DNA of 63,588 bases, counting the filler. It is 8 parts of 8 records of this genome, joined end to end, with 100 filler letters (N's around TTAATTAATTAA, not from the genome) between each part and the next. Parts side by side here need not be neighbours in the genome. Positions count along the whole stretch, not along the records: positions 23,198 to 31,529 come from SRR31156797_40796; positions 31,630 to 40,526 come from SRR31156797_40806; 6 more parts are not named here. The stretch is one strand, 5' to 3'. Below, piece after piece: positions 27,640 to 37,811 of this stretch. Within the stretch, counting starts at the first letter, position 1. The number at the start of each line of letters is the position of its first letter. The translations under genes were made by a program, and so were the position numbers. The notes under the pieces were generated by a model. It was not told where the DNA came from and did not search any database. It saw only the letters and a program-made list of their open reading frames with translations.

Positions 27640-28488
27640 CTAATACTCATAAAACCCTTTACCTGATTTCCTACCTAACTCATTACTTTCTACCATTTTC
27701 CTTAACTGCTTTGAACACAAAAATCTACTGTCTTGATAATATTGGTACAAAACATCAATAGAGTTTACCACTGTATCAATTCCTATTAGGTCAGCCGTCT
27801 GTAATGGTCCCATTGCGTGACGAAATCCTTTCACAAATATCTCATCTATCTGCTCAGGTGTTGCAACTTTTTCATACACTAGATTTGCTGCCTCGTTCAT
27901 TAATAAATGTGACAACCTATTAGAAACAAAACCAGGGCTGTCATTTACTATAACATACTGCATTTCAGCATCATATAATAAATCCGTAACAATTCTAATT
28001 GTTTCATCTGATATTTGTCCACTTCTTATTACTTCAACAAATCCTTTCATAGGTACTGGATTCATAAAATGCGCACCAATTACCTTCTCTTTGCGATTTG
28101 TAAATGACGCAATCTCCACAATCGGTATACAAGATGTATTTGCTAAAAACACACAACCTTCTTTGCATATTTTGTCAATTTCTCTATAAACTTCTTTTTT
28201 TAAATCTACAACTTCAGGTATGTTCTCAATCACTATATCTGCTTGCGCAAGCACTTGGTAGTTAATATCAAGCGAAATCCTGCTAATTACATCCTCAACA
28301 TCTATATTTTCTTTGCTTACCATATTTTGGATTCTTAGGCTCCTATTTATTTCACTATAACTTTTGTCTAGTATTTCTTTACTAAGGTCAATTAGTAATA
28401 TTTTGTATCCATAACTTGCAAATCTTTGTGCTATGCCAGTCCCCATTACTCCTGCACCCAAAACTCCAATAACTGTAGCATTTCTCAT
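27640..28488 (-). CDS. 3-hydroxyacyl-CoA/ACP dehydrogenase (FkbK/ZmaG-like)
   Basis: GAGVMG, ENIPE, ANTSCI, HFMNP, GFVSNR, MGPLQTADLIG; adjacent to the ACP and fkbH. Confidence 0.88.
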   Translation of the reverse strand: MRNATVIGVLGAGVMGTGIAQRFASYGYKILLIDLSKEILDKSYSEINRSLRIQNMVSKENIDVEDVISRISLDINYQVLAQADIVIENIPEVVDLKKEVYREIDKICKEGCVFLANTSCIPIVEIASFTNRKEKVIGAHFMNPVPMKGFVEVIRSGQISDETIRIVTDLLYDAEMQYVIVNDSPGFVSNRLSHLLMNEAANLVYEKVATPEQIDEIFVKGFRHAMGPLQTADLIGIDTVVNSIDVLYQYYQDSRFLCSKQLRKMVESNELGRKSGKGFYEY

Positions 28489-29192
28489 GCAAATTTTTCC
28501 TCCTTATTTATTATGTTAAATATATAATTGTTTATATACTCAATCACTTCATTCTTACGAATAAAGAAATGGTCACCACTAAATACTTCACTATGTATAT
28601 TACCATTCACTAGCATTTCCCAATTTTTAATTCCTTTTAATGTACTTTTATCTTTATCTCCATTTAGCAGGACTACTTGACTCTCTATCTTCTCTACATC
28701 CCAGTTATATTCATAAGTATTCATCATATTGTAATCATTTCTAACCGATCTTAAAATCATTTTTTTCATTACAGTATTCGAAACTAAGTCTTTAGAAACC
28801 CCTCCTGTTCTCACCATTCTTCTTAGCAACATATTATCAGTTAACCAATTTATTCGGTTCTTCCGAAAGTCTGATGGAGCACAAGTAGCAGCAAAAAACA
28901 AACATTCTGGAATAGGGCTATTATTTTTTCTTATTAAGTGATATAGTTCAAAACCTAAAATGCCACCCATACTATGGCCGAAAACACAATAATTATTAAA
29001 ATCACATTCTTTTCCAATAATACTATATATTTTTTTTACAGTTTCATCAAAAGTTTCCCAGTACTTCTTATCATATAATTTACCGTGTCCAGAATATTCT
29101 ATTGGGACTACTGTAACCTCTCTAAAATACACCCCCCATTTTGAATATGTGTATGCGCTTCCACCAGCATTAGGCAGACAAAATAAATGCAT
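28485..29192 (-). CDS. Type II thioesterase
   Basis: LFCLPNAGGSA, FGHSMGG, GDHFF. Confidence 0.92.
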   Translation of the reverse strand: MHLFCLPNAGGSAYTYSKWGVYFREVTVVPIEYSGHGKLYDKKYWETFDETVKKIYSIIGKECDFNNYCVFGHSMGGILGFELYHLIRKNNSPIPECLFFAATCAPSDFRKNRINWLTDNMLLRRMVRTGGVSKDLVSNTVMKKMILRSVRNDYNMMNTYEYNWDVEKIESQVVLLNGDKDKSTLKGIKNWEMLVNGNIHSEVFSGDHFFIRKNEVIEYINNYIFNIINKEEKFA

Positions 29193-29219
29193 TATTACCT
29201 CCTTTAGCTCAGTTGATTA

Positions 29220-31529
29220 TTAAACAATCTCATCTAAGTACTTAGATAAATCTTCCAGTACATCATACTTAAATAATTTTTCTAGTTCTACCTCTTTTAT
29301 TTTTATAAGTTCATTATGAACACGAAGCATACTGATAGAGTTCCCGCCTATATCAAAAAAATTATCCATACGAGAAACTTCTTGTATTCCTAACACATCT
29401 TTCCAGATTTTCGAAACTCTCTTTTCTGTCTCAGTTCGTGGTTCTTTTAGTTCTTTATTTATATTTCTATTAATTTTGTAATCTTGAAGTTTTTTTCTGT
29501 CCAACTTCCCATTTGAAGAGTATGGCATTTTATCAATATTTACTATGAAGTTTGGAATCATATATTTTGGTAATTTTGATTTCAAATACTCGTTAATATC
29601 CTTTATAGATAAATTATCACCTTGTACAAACATGCATATGTTTTTTTCACCGGCTATTTCTTTACAAATAACAGCAGATGTTTTTACCAGTTTATGCGTA
29701 TTCATTACATTCTCAATTTCACTAAGCTCTATCCTAAATCCTCGTACTTTTACTTGACTGTCTTTCCTTCCAATGTACAAAATGTTATTATCTTTAATAA
29801 TTCTAACCATATCTCCTGTCCTATACAGCATTTCACCATCAAGAATATCACATTCTCTAAAAACTTCATTGGTCATCTCTCTTTTACCATGATATCCATT
29901 TGATAAACCTATACCTCCAATAAACAGTTCACCAACAAATCCCTCAGGTAATAATCTATATGATTTATCAAGAACATAAAGATTAACATTATCAATTGGT
30001 TTTCCGATAGGAATAGCATTATTATTAACGATATCATACTTTGTAATTTTATATGATGCTGCAATATCAGTGCACTCAGTAGGACCATATGTATTTATTA
30101 TTTCACCATTAAAATTATCGCTTTGATATAAAGGTTTTAATTTGTCAGTCTGTATAGATTCTCCACCCAAGAAAATTTTTCTTAATGAATTAATCTCATT
30201 AAAATTATTAAAACTGTTTAATTCGACAAAAGGATAAAACATGCTTGGTGTGCAATTTAATATCGTTACATTATTTTTATTAATAATCTCTGACAAATAC
30301 TTTATATCTAAGTATCCAGCTTTTGGAATTGTCAATTTACCACCGCGCATAAGTGTTGCAAAAATATTTTTCTGTGCCAAATCAAAACTTGTAGCAGCTA
30401 ATAATATATTATTATCCTCTTTATCAATATTAAACTCATAAATATACCAATTAAGTAGATTCTCAAAAGAACTGAGTTTTACATCTACTCCTTTGGGATG
30501 TCCAGTAGAGCCAGATGTATATAACAGATATATAGAACGATTTTCGCTGTATTCTTTTTCAATGTTTATCATAGAATAATTCCCCATAGTCTTTCCTAAA
30601 ACATTAATCACTTTGCAGTTAACATTATATAAATCAACATCATTAAAATTTACTAATAATAATTTGGGGTTCGCATCACTCAATATATAATTTATTCTAC
30701 TATTAGGATAATTTCTATCAATAGGTATATAAGATGCGCCTGCTTTTATAACTCCTAATACCGTATAAACAAATTCTACGGACCTATCCATCAAAATTCC
30801 AATACAGTCATTTTCTTTAACGCCTTGTTCAATAAGCATATTACCAACTATATTGGAATACTCATTCAATTCTTTAAAGCAAATTTCTTTATTTTCACTA
30901 ATAAGAGCTATACTTCTAGGTTGACTTTTAGCCATAGTGTATATTTGTTCAAGTATCTGTAAATGTTTATCATCCCTAATCTTGGTGTCATTAATTTCAT
31001 AAATCTGCCTATTGTATTCAGATCGTGTAAGCATTTGTATGTCTTTTAGTATAATGTTATTATTTTTGATTACAGCCTTCAAAATCTCAATAAAGTGTCT
31101 AAACAGATTATTAATTGTCTTTGAAGAGAACAATCTACACACGTATTCTATTTCCATTACACGTTCCTGATCTTTTTCATAAATCGTAAAAGTTAAATCA
31201 AATTTAGGATTACTATCATATATTTTTAATCCAGAAATTTTCATATTAGGAAGCTGTATGATTTCCTGATTTGTATTCTGCATAGCGAACAGAACATTAA
31301 AAAGCGGACTTTGTCCTTTTGTTGTTTTTACACCTAATTCATCAATTATGTCATTAAATTGGCAATCTTGATTATCCAAATCATCTATAATGTTTTTTTT
31401 CAAAGAAGCCAGATTCCATTCAAACGACTTATTTATATTAAGTTTTGTGTATATTGGCAAAGTGTTAACAAACATGCCTACTACATTTTGAAGCTCAATA
31501 TTCCTTCTTCCTGCAACAGGACTGCCTAC
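29220..31529 (-). CDS. NRPS, C-terminal C-A-PCP module, 5'-truncated
   Basis: Frame is open to the contig edge (VGSPVAGR...VGMFVNTLP, C domain); YTSGSTGHPKG, NTYGPTE, YRTGD, QVKVRGFRIEL, NGKLDR; PCP NFFDIGGNS. Confidence 0.95.
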   Translation of the reverse strand, partial: VGSPVAGRRNIELQNVVGMFVNTLPIYTKLNINKSFEWNLASLKKNIIDDLDNQDCQFNDIIDELGVKTTKGQSPLFNVLFAMQNTNQEIIQLPNMKISGLKIYDSNPKFDLTFTIYEKDQERVMEIEYVCRLFSSKTINNLFRHFIEILKAVIKNNNIILKDIQMLTRSEYNRQIYEINDTKIRDDKHLQILEQIYTMAKSQPRSIALISENKEICFKELNEYSNIVGNMLIEQGVKENDCIGILMDRSVEFVYTVLGVIKAGASYIPIDRNYPNSRINYILSDANPKLLLVNFNDVDLYNVNCKVINVLGKTMGNYSMINIEKEYSENRSIYLLYTSGSTGHPKGVDVKLSSFENLLNWYIYEFNIDKEDNNILLAATSFDLAQKNIFATLMRGGKLTIPKAGYLDIKYLSEIINKNNVTILNCTPSMFYPFVELNSFNNFNEINSLRKIFLGGESIQTDKLKPLYQSDNFNGEIINTYGPTECTDIAASYKITKYDIVNNNAIPIGKPIDNVNLYVLDKSYRLLPEGFVGELFIGGIGLSNGYHGKREMTNEVFRECDILDGEMLYRTGDMVRIIKDNNILYIGRKDSQVKVRGFRIELSEIENVMNTHKLVKTSAVICKEIAGEKNICMFVQGDNLSIKDINEYLKSKLPKYMIPNFIVNIDKMPYSSNGKLDRKKLQDYKINRNINKELKEPRTETEKRVSKIWKDVLGIQEVSRMDNFFDIGGNSISMLRVHNELIKIKEVELEKLFKYDVLEDLSKYLDEIV

Positions 31530-31629
31530 NNNNNNNNNNNNNNNNNNNNNNNNNNNNNNNNNNNNNNNNNNNNTTAATTAATTAANNNNNNNNNNNNNNN
31601 NNNNNNNNNNNNNNNNNNNNNNNNNNNNN

Positions 31630-32011
31630 GGGGCGTGCCCTCTCCTGTGTAAAGAGAGAGGATTAAGTCCCAGCCGCCCTCTTCCTCTCTCCAGTGGAGA
31701 AGGGCTAAACGGCCCTCAGGTGATTTGGAAATGCCGAGAATGATCCCGTCTGCCGGGAGGGAGCCTAATTCCTGCCCTTCAGGAAGGGTATAAACCGAAA
31801 CATCGCTGCCGGTCCCGTTCCTCCCGCTGCGGTAGAGGTAAAGGCGCCCCTCCTCGAAAGCCGCCATCGAGACGCGCGCGGGGGGCCCGCTTTCCAAGGG
31901 AAGATCATCCCGGCCGAGGTCCCCCAGATACTCCAGACCTCGGGAACAGGAGAAGCACAAGGCCGCACAAAGAATCAGCAGGCCCCAGAGGAGAAGTGCC
32001 GGCAGTCTCAT
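31630..32011 (-). CDS. Putative lipoprotein, 3'-truncated
   Basis: MRLPALLLWGLLILCAALCFS-C signal and lipobox; runs into the gap. Confidence 0.55.
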
Positions 32012-32073
32012 ACAGGGAAGAATAACCTGATCAGGCTTTATAGTAAACAATCGCCTACCCTTCCTCGGATGCG

Positions 32074-32979
32074 TCAGAGGGGAAGGCGCTGCAACTCGAT
32101 CGTAATAGCTTCTCCTGCATAGGGAACAGAAATTCTGGGCAGCTGCGTCGTATCCATCCCCTCAGGATTAGCAATCCAATGCCCGTAGAATTCGACAGCC
32201 TCCTCAGCTGTCAGGCCGGCGAGACCGAAGTAATCCCCGGACCCGGGCTGATCGTCGCCGTCCATGCTGACGAAGGCAGAGATCCAGTAGGAGCCCTCAG
32301 GAATGCCCTCAAGATCCAGGATCCGCTGTTCCCCGTCTCCCTCGGACCAAGAGAGATTCTTCGCTGCACCGGCACCGTTTTGAACAGGATCCTCAGCCAA
32401 AGAAAACATCAGGGACGTATTGCAGAACAGACCGTCCCAACCCGACAGATCCGTCCCGGACGGCAGGCGCAGGGTCAAGCCCCTCAGGGCATGGCTTCCT
32501 TTACGGACCATCCAAAATGAGCCCGTATTCTCTGTTACTCCTTTCTCTCTGTAACCGGAACAGACAATCCTGAGATTCCCTCCGAAGCTCTGGGCGCTTC
32601 CTTCGTAGAGGGTCTGACCGAGAAAATCCTCGTACAGCCCGCTCCCCTCCAGGGTGAGGGACAAGCCTTCCCCCGATATCTCGGCCTCCACGGGAGTCAC
32701 ATCCTCCTGTGTACCTGCGTCCCCGTCTACATCCACCGTCATATCACCCCATACACGTTTTTCCTCCTGATACAGTTGCAGGGAAAAATCGAAATACCGA
32801 TCATTATCTCCCATGCCGTCAGGTCCGAAAAGCCTCACAGCCCCCTCATAAAGACCAGCGAAATCAGGTTGTTCCCCCACGGAATCTCCGCTTCCCCCCG
32901 ACCCCATAGAGCAGGCAGAGAGCAGTCCCGAAGCCAGAATAACTCCATGTAATATGTTCCTCAGGAAACATCCCTTCAT
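32074..32979 (-). CDS. Putative lipoprotein of unknown function
   Basis: MKGCFLRNILHGVILASGLLSA-C lipobox; C-terminal G.Y.ISAF.SMDGD.QP..GD motif, like Ca-binding DUF2141-type beta modules. Confidence 0.65.
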   Translation of the reverse strand: MKGCFLRNILHGVILASGLLSACSMGSGGSGDSVGEQPDFAGLYEGAVRLFGPDGMGDNDRYFDFSLQLYQEEKRVWGDMTVDVDGDAGTQEDVTPVEAEISGEGLSLTLEGSGLYEDFLGQTLYEGSAQSFGGNLRIVCSGYREKGVTENTGSFWMVRKGSHALRGLTLRLPSGTDLSGWDGLFCNTSLMFSLAEDPVQNGAGAAKNLSWSEGDGEQRILDLEGIPEGSYWISAFVSMDGDDQPGSGDYFGLAGLTAEEAVEFYGHWIANPEGMDTTQLPRISVPYAGEAITIELQRLPL

Positions 32980-33511
32980 TTTATTAATCACCCTGCGTAC
33001 CTCCACATTATGATGCTTATAATATACCTTGCATTCTTCCAGGGAGAGACTCATTTCTCCATAGGCAATTCTGCGGATTCATCCTGGGTGTTTCTGCCTA
33101 TAAAGACCTCCCGCTGCGTTCTCATTCCTGAAAGAATTAAAACACTCTTTCAATATAATAGCATTTCTATCATTTTACAGAGAGGTTCATAATGGAGCCT
33201 GAAACTACTTTTCTCCCATATTATATGACGATTCTGTTTATACACACATAATACGGAAGGCAATGGCGGAGACGATAATGACAGACTGAAGCACAGACCT
33301 GTGAAGATAAAGTGGCAACTGAAGGGATATACCCAACTCTGTCAAAATGGGCAAAGGCTTTGAAATATGGTATGAACAAAATCAGCAGAACAGCCCAATA
33401 CCCCGGTCTGTACAATATCAGTTACGGCACATAACACCGGGTGCTATGTCATAAAAATCGAAAATAGAAAATGACTTGTCTCACCATCACCAAATCACAA
33501 TACAGTACGTC

Positions 33512-33841
33512 GTAATGTTAACGGTGAAATAATCGTCTACCATGAAGGCGGCTCGTGCAGTTTCAATTGGATAATGATGATTCAGGGCAGTTTAGCAGAT
33601 AGCTTAACTTAAAGAAGGAGCAGGAAAAGAGCTCTACGATAGAGGTCCTTATCGGTCCCTCCCGGATATTGGTTTCTCAGCATTTCGATGAAACCCATTG
33701 AATTCGAATCGAAGAACCATTGAGGACCATCGCATGATAGTAGGCTTCAGTAATTTGAACATTTACATAAGACCTGACTATACAGACATGAGAAGGCAGA
33801 TCAATGGATTATCAATCCTGGTAGAAGAAGACTTGAAATGA
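33512..33841 (+). mobile_element. Degenerate IS66-family remnant (tnpA 3' end and tnpB 5' end)
   Basis: 33734-33841 encodes MIVGFSNLNIYIRPDYTDMRRQINGLSILVEEDLK*, matching the IS66 TnpB motif TDMRK.I.GL. It overlaps (ATGA) a stop-interrupted TnpA-like tail, IEVLIGPSRILVSQHFD. A possible GTAA terminus lies at 33512. Confidence 0.7.
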
Positions 33842-33860
33842 CCATAGCCTGCCTGCTCAT

Positions 33861-34970
33861 CTACACGTTAAACTTGAAGAACATCACGTCTCCGTCCTGA
33901 ACGACATACTCCTTCCCTTCCATCCGCATCCTGCCGGCGGCCTTGATGGCCTGCTCGCTGCCCGACTCAAAAAGGTCGTCGCAATGATAAACGTCGGCTT
34001 TGATAAAGCCCTTCTCAAAGTCGGTGTGAATAACCCCGGCTGTCTGGGGAGCCTTCATGCCTTCATGGAAGGTCCATGCCTTGTTTTCAACGCCTCCGAC
34101 GGTGAAGAAGGTTCTCAGCCCAAGGGTTTTGTACGTGGTCTTGATCAGGCGGCTCAGACCCGATTCCTCAAGACCCGCCTCCTCCAGGAAAACAGCCCGT
34201 TCTTCGGGATCGTCCAGGGCGGCGATATCCGCCTCCAGCTTTCCGCAGAGGACCACGACCTCGGTCCCCTCCGCTTCGGCGATCTCCTTCACCTTCTTCA
34301 CGTAAGCGGATTCCGACTCCAGACCGTCCTCATCCACATTACAAAGATAGATCTGCTTCTTCATTGTTATCAGATGAAGGTCCTGTACCAGTTCCTGCTC
34401 ATCCTCGGTCAGTCCCATGGCCCGGGCGGCCTTGCCCTCTCCCAGGTGGTCCTTCAGCCTCTCCAGCAGAGGCTTGAGGGCCAGGGCTCTCTCGCGGGCC
34501 TGCTTGTCGCCGGCGCGTGTGAAACGCTCGTTCTTGGTGATTCTATTCTCAACGGTTCCCATATCCGCCAGGGCCAGCTCGATGTTGATAACCTCGATGT
34601 CATCGGCGGGACTGATCTTGTTATCCACATGGACGATGTCCTCGTTCTCAAAGCAGCGCACAACGTGGACGATCATGCCCACCTCGCGGATATTGGCCAG
34701 GAACTTGTTTCCCAGTCCCTCACCCTTGGAGGCGCCCTTCACAAGTCCCGCGATGTCGACGAACTCGACCGCGGCGGGGATCACCTTGTCGGCAGGAACC
34801 ATCTCGGCGATCCTGTCCAGACGCTCGTCGGGAACGGATACGATTCCCACGTTGGGGTCGATGGTACAGAAGGGATAGTTGGCCGCCTCGGCGGGGGCGG
34901 CGGTCAGGGCGGAAAAGATGGTGGACTTGCCCACATTAGGGAGTCCGACGATACCGCAATTCAAACTCAT
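33861..34970 (-). CDS. ychF: Redox-regulated ATPase YchF
   Basis: GIVGLPNVGKST, ANYPFCTIDPN, DIAGLVKGASKGEGLGNKFL, EGKEYVVQDGD. Confidence 0.98.
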   Translation of the reverse strand: MSLNCGIVGLPNVGKSTIFSALTAAPAEAANYPFCTIDPNVGIVSVPDERLDRIAEMVPADKVIPAAVEFVDIAGLVKGASKGEGLGNKFLANIREVGMIVHVVRCFENEDIVHVDNKISPADDIEVINIELALADMGTVENRITKNERFTRAGDKQARERALALKPLLERLKDHLGEGKAARAMGLTEDEQELVQDLHLITMKKQIYLCNVDEDGLESESAYVKKVKEIAEAEGTEVVVLCGKLEADIAALDDPEERAVFLEEAGLEESGLSRLIKTTYKTLGLRTFFTVGGVENKAWTFHEGMKAPQTAGVIHTDFEKGFIKADVYHCDDLFESGSEQAIKAAGRMRMEGKEYVVQDGDVMFFKFNV

Positions 34971-35004
34971 AATAACTCCATTTCAGATCCGATCGAATGC
35001 CTGT

Positions 35005-35223
35005 TCAGACACTGAGATCGGTCTTGTGCTCTTCATCAATCTTCTTCAGCCGGGTGGTCTCACGGAAGCTGGGACAGGGAAAGCCCGTGGCCTTCTTCAC
35101 CTCAATACAGGGAAGCTGCCTCGACTTGATCTCGAAGACCTTGCAGCCTCTGGGGAATGAGGGATCCCAGGTTACATAAAAATACTCGCATTTCAGGCAG
35201 TCGGGACCTCTGGATACACCCAC
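35005..35223 (-). CDS. Small Cys-rich conserved protein
   Basis: CLKCEYFYVTWDPSFPRGC..F..KS..LP...V...TG..C; GTG start; sits in the operon upstream of ychF. Confidence 0.7.
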   Translation of the reverse strand: MGVSRGPDCLKCEYFYVTWDPSFPRGCKVFEIKSRQLPCIEVKKATGFPCPSFRETTRLKKIDEEHKTDLSV

Positions 35224-35232
35224 GGCAGCCGG

Positions 35233-36747
35233 CTATTCCTCTTTCAGATAGTACTGCATCAGCTGAAGGAAGTAATAGATCTTTTTATACACCTCGGTCA
35301 TCTCGTCCAGGATGGGAAGCTCGCCCATCATATCGACCTCTTTCCAGTTCACCACCAGCTCGTGCTTGGGGGCCTTGAAGTCGTCGATACAGCGCTTGAT
35401 GTTCTTTCCGACGGCAAAGAGATTCTGTACCGAATCGTTGATAATACTCAATCCTTCGGCATTGATATTCTTTAAAACATTCCGCATGGCGTCCAGGGCG
35501 TTTCTGTCCCGCTCAGCGGTTTTGGACAGACGCTTGAGCTTCCCGCCCAGTTCACTCTCATCGGCCAGATTGTTGTCGAAGGCGAGAAGGCTCTCGGACA
35601 GGGACATCAACTGATGATAGGACTCTGAAAACTGCTGTGAGGCCAGGCTGGTAGTCCATTTACCGGTGATCAGAAGCTTGTCCACCACCTGACGGATCTG
35701 TCCCTTGTAGTAGTCCAGGAAGAAGGCCTTCAGGTAGTTCATGGGCTCTACGTACTTGTAGCCCGTATCGATTCTTTTTGAGAAGGCCATATTGCTCTTC
35801 TCCGTGTAGTACTTCATCCGGACAACCGTAGTCGTCCCGAAGACGCTCATCAGCATGGAATCCCGCTGGCTCTTTTTCCGCTCCCCCACGATGCTCATCA
35901 GGGTGTTCTCAGCGTTCTTCTTGATGTCGCTCAGATAGTCTTCCACAATCTCGTAGCTGTTCAATTCGGGCAGGGCTTTGTAAGTCGGGTCCTCGTCCAG
36001 GTGCTTGATCATCAGATTGACGATCCTGGTCTTGCGGAACTCCTTGATGATGCCCAGGACCTTCTTCCATCCGTCCCTGGAGATGACCTCCATATCCCTG
36101 TACTGGGCCAGGATATTCAGGATGGACTCCCAGTCGGCGTCAAGGTCCATGGAAGGGAGCATGACATCGAAATCCTTCAGGTCGTCCAGGATATACTCGC
36201 CGTTGATGCTTTCGAAGCGTGTCAGGTAACCATAGTCCCGTTCGGGGAGCATGGAATCAAACTTCTTGAGGAGGAAGTAGTAGTCAAAGCGTATAAACTC
36301 CTGCAGGATCATCAGGCTGTTGTAAAGGGCGTTTATCTTCCGGGCCAGTTGAAGATCGATGAAGGTATAGATCTCAATCAGCTCGTCCTTTATCTTGTCT
36401 CTGACCTGTTTGAGATTCTTTACGTTCTTGCAGCGCTGGCGGATGTTATCCTCTGTAAGTGAATCTAACAGCTCCAGCTGCTCTTTGGACAGAAAATTTT
36501 CTACCACCACAGACTTGATGACTCCCGAGCCCGTCAGCGACTCCAGAAGGACCTGGGCCGGCCCCACTTCCTTATAGATGTCATAAAACAGTTTAGCCAG
36601 AGCCGGCTGGGCGGTGTTTCCTTTCAGGCGATAGTATTTACCGCGCTTCTTCAGATCCTTCCGGATCTCCTTGAGAAGCCTTTTCTTCTCTCTATCGGCA
36701 TCACCCATATTGGCGAAGATGTTCAGGACCTTCTCAAAAATACTCAT
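35233..36747 (-). CDS. Spirochaete conserved protein (DUF5312-like)
   Basis: 504-aa helical protein with FDYYFLLKKFD, Y.EPMNYLKAF and H.L..NWKE. Confidence 0.7.
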   Translation of the reverse strand: MSIFEKVLNIFANMGDADREKKRLLKEIRKDLKKRGKYYRLKGNTAQPALAKLFYDIYKEVGPAQVLLESLTGSGVIKSVVVENFLSKEQLELLDSLTEDNIRQRCKNVKNLKQVRDKIKDELIEIYTFIDLQLARKINALYNSLMILQEFIRFDYYFLLKKFDSMLPERDYGYLTRFESINGEYILDDLKDFDVMLPSMDLDADWESILNILAQYRDMEVISRDGWKKVLGIIKEFRKTRIVNLMIKHLDEDPTYKALPELNSYEIVEDYLSDIKKNAENTLMSIVGERKKSQRDSMLMSVFGTTTVVRMKYYTEKSNMAFSKRIDTGYKYVEPMNYLKAFFLDYYKGQIRQVVDKLLITGKWTTSLASQQFSESYHQLMSLSESLLAFDNNLADESELGGKLKRLSKTAERDRNALDAMRNVLKNINAEGLSIINDSVQNLFAVGKNIKRCIDDFKAPKHELVVNWKEVDMMGELPILDEMTEVYKKIYYFLQLMQYYLKEE

Positions 36748-36836
36748 AGTATCATCTTTCCTGCAAAGCTCCGGGGGAAAATTTTGACCATGTATTTAAT
36801 TTAGGGTAAATTATACCAACTGTCAACGGAGAAGAG

Positions 36837-37811
36837 ATGCCGGGATCGAGACAAACACTGAACAGTAAATCAATTATAGAGGCGTTAAAAAAGCAGGGAT
36901 TCTCTCATGCCGCCCTTGTCCCGCCCGGGGATTCCGTAAACGATCTTGCCAGGGATGCGGGCCTGGATGAGGGGGGAAGCGTCATCATAGGATTCTTCCC
37001 TTTTCGGGATCCCGAGGCCCCGGCTGCCGGGCTTATCGCCCCGTTCGCACGAAGCAACCACTACAGGGAGATCATCATCCGGATGAAGCAGGCCCTCAGG
37101 GATTCTGGCGAGCCCTTCTCCTCCCTGACCCGTCGGGATGTCCGCCTCTTCTCCAATTCAGCTCTCCCCGAGAAGGAACTCGCCCTCAGGGCCGGACTCG
37201 GCTTTCAGGGACGCAACACCCTTATCATCAATGAAAGATACGGGAGCCGGGGGCTGCTGGGAGGATTGATCCTGCCCTTCTCCCTGTCCGATCAATCGGA
37301 ACAGAAGAGCAGGAAGAGAGGATCCTGCGGTTCCTGCCGCAGCTGCGAGCGGGCCTGCCCCGGGGGAGCTCTGAAAGAGGGACGCCTGGACCGCGAGCGC
37401 TGTTTACAGCACTGGAGCACCGACGACCGCCCCATCCCCGACGCTCTCAAGGAGCGCTGGGGAGTGAGGATCTACGGCTGCACCATCTGCCAGGACATAT
37501 GCCCCTGGAACAGAAAGGCCCGTCCCCGGGGGGTATCCGTAGACAGAGGAAGACTGGAGCCCGAACCGGGATTGGAATTCTATCTGGGCCGCGGCGAAGA
37601 GGAGATAAAGGAAGGTCTGAAGGGGAGCGCCCTGGGTATGGGATGGATCAAGGGCGCCCATCTGATCCGAAACGCCCTGGTTTCCGCAGGCTGGTCGAAG
37701 AGAAAAGACCTTCTCCCCCTCATTGAGAATCACAGGAATTCGGAAACAGAGATTATTCGCGATGCGGCCCTCTGGGCCCTGAAAAGGATCAGACCAGACC
37801 GGGAACCGTAG
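36837..37811 (+). CDS. queG: Epoxyqueuosine reductase
   Basis: EKELA.RAGLGFQGRNTL.I...YGS, CGSCRSCERACP, RERCL, YGCTICQDICPWN, RNAL, and a HEAT-like tail. Confidence 0.85.
   Translation: MPGSRQTLNSKSIIEALKKQGFSHAALVPPGDSVNDLARDAGLDEGGSVIIGFFPFRDPEAPAAGLIAPFARSNHYREIIIRMKQALRDSGEPFSSLTRRDVRLFSNSALPEKELALRAGLGFQGRNTLIINERYGSRGLLGGLILPFSLSDQSEQKSRKRGSCGSCRSCERACPGGALKEGRLDRERCLQHWSTDDRPIPDALKERWGVRIYGCTICQDICPWNRKARPRGVSVDRGRLEPEPGLEFYLGRGEEEIKEGLKGSALGMGWIKGAHLIRNALVSAGWSKRKDLLPLIENHRNSETEIIRDAALWALKRIRPDREP

Noticed and set aside
23361-28488. Butyrate fermentation operon (hbd-bcd-etfAB)
   Set aside because: There is no crotonase or thiolase, and an ACP and fkbH sit between the dehydrogenases behind an NRPS, which indicates secondary metabolism.
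33984-35015. 343-aa plus-strand ORF, and similar long ORFs at 39044-39904, 42748-43599, 51615-52619, 53348-54079 and 55772-57049
   Set aside because: They lie antisense to well-supported genes in GC-rich DNA and have no recognisable motifs.
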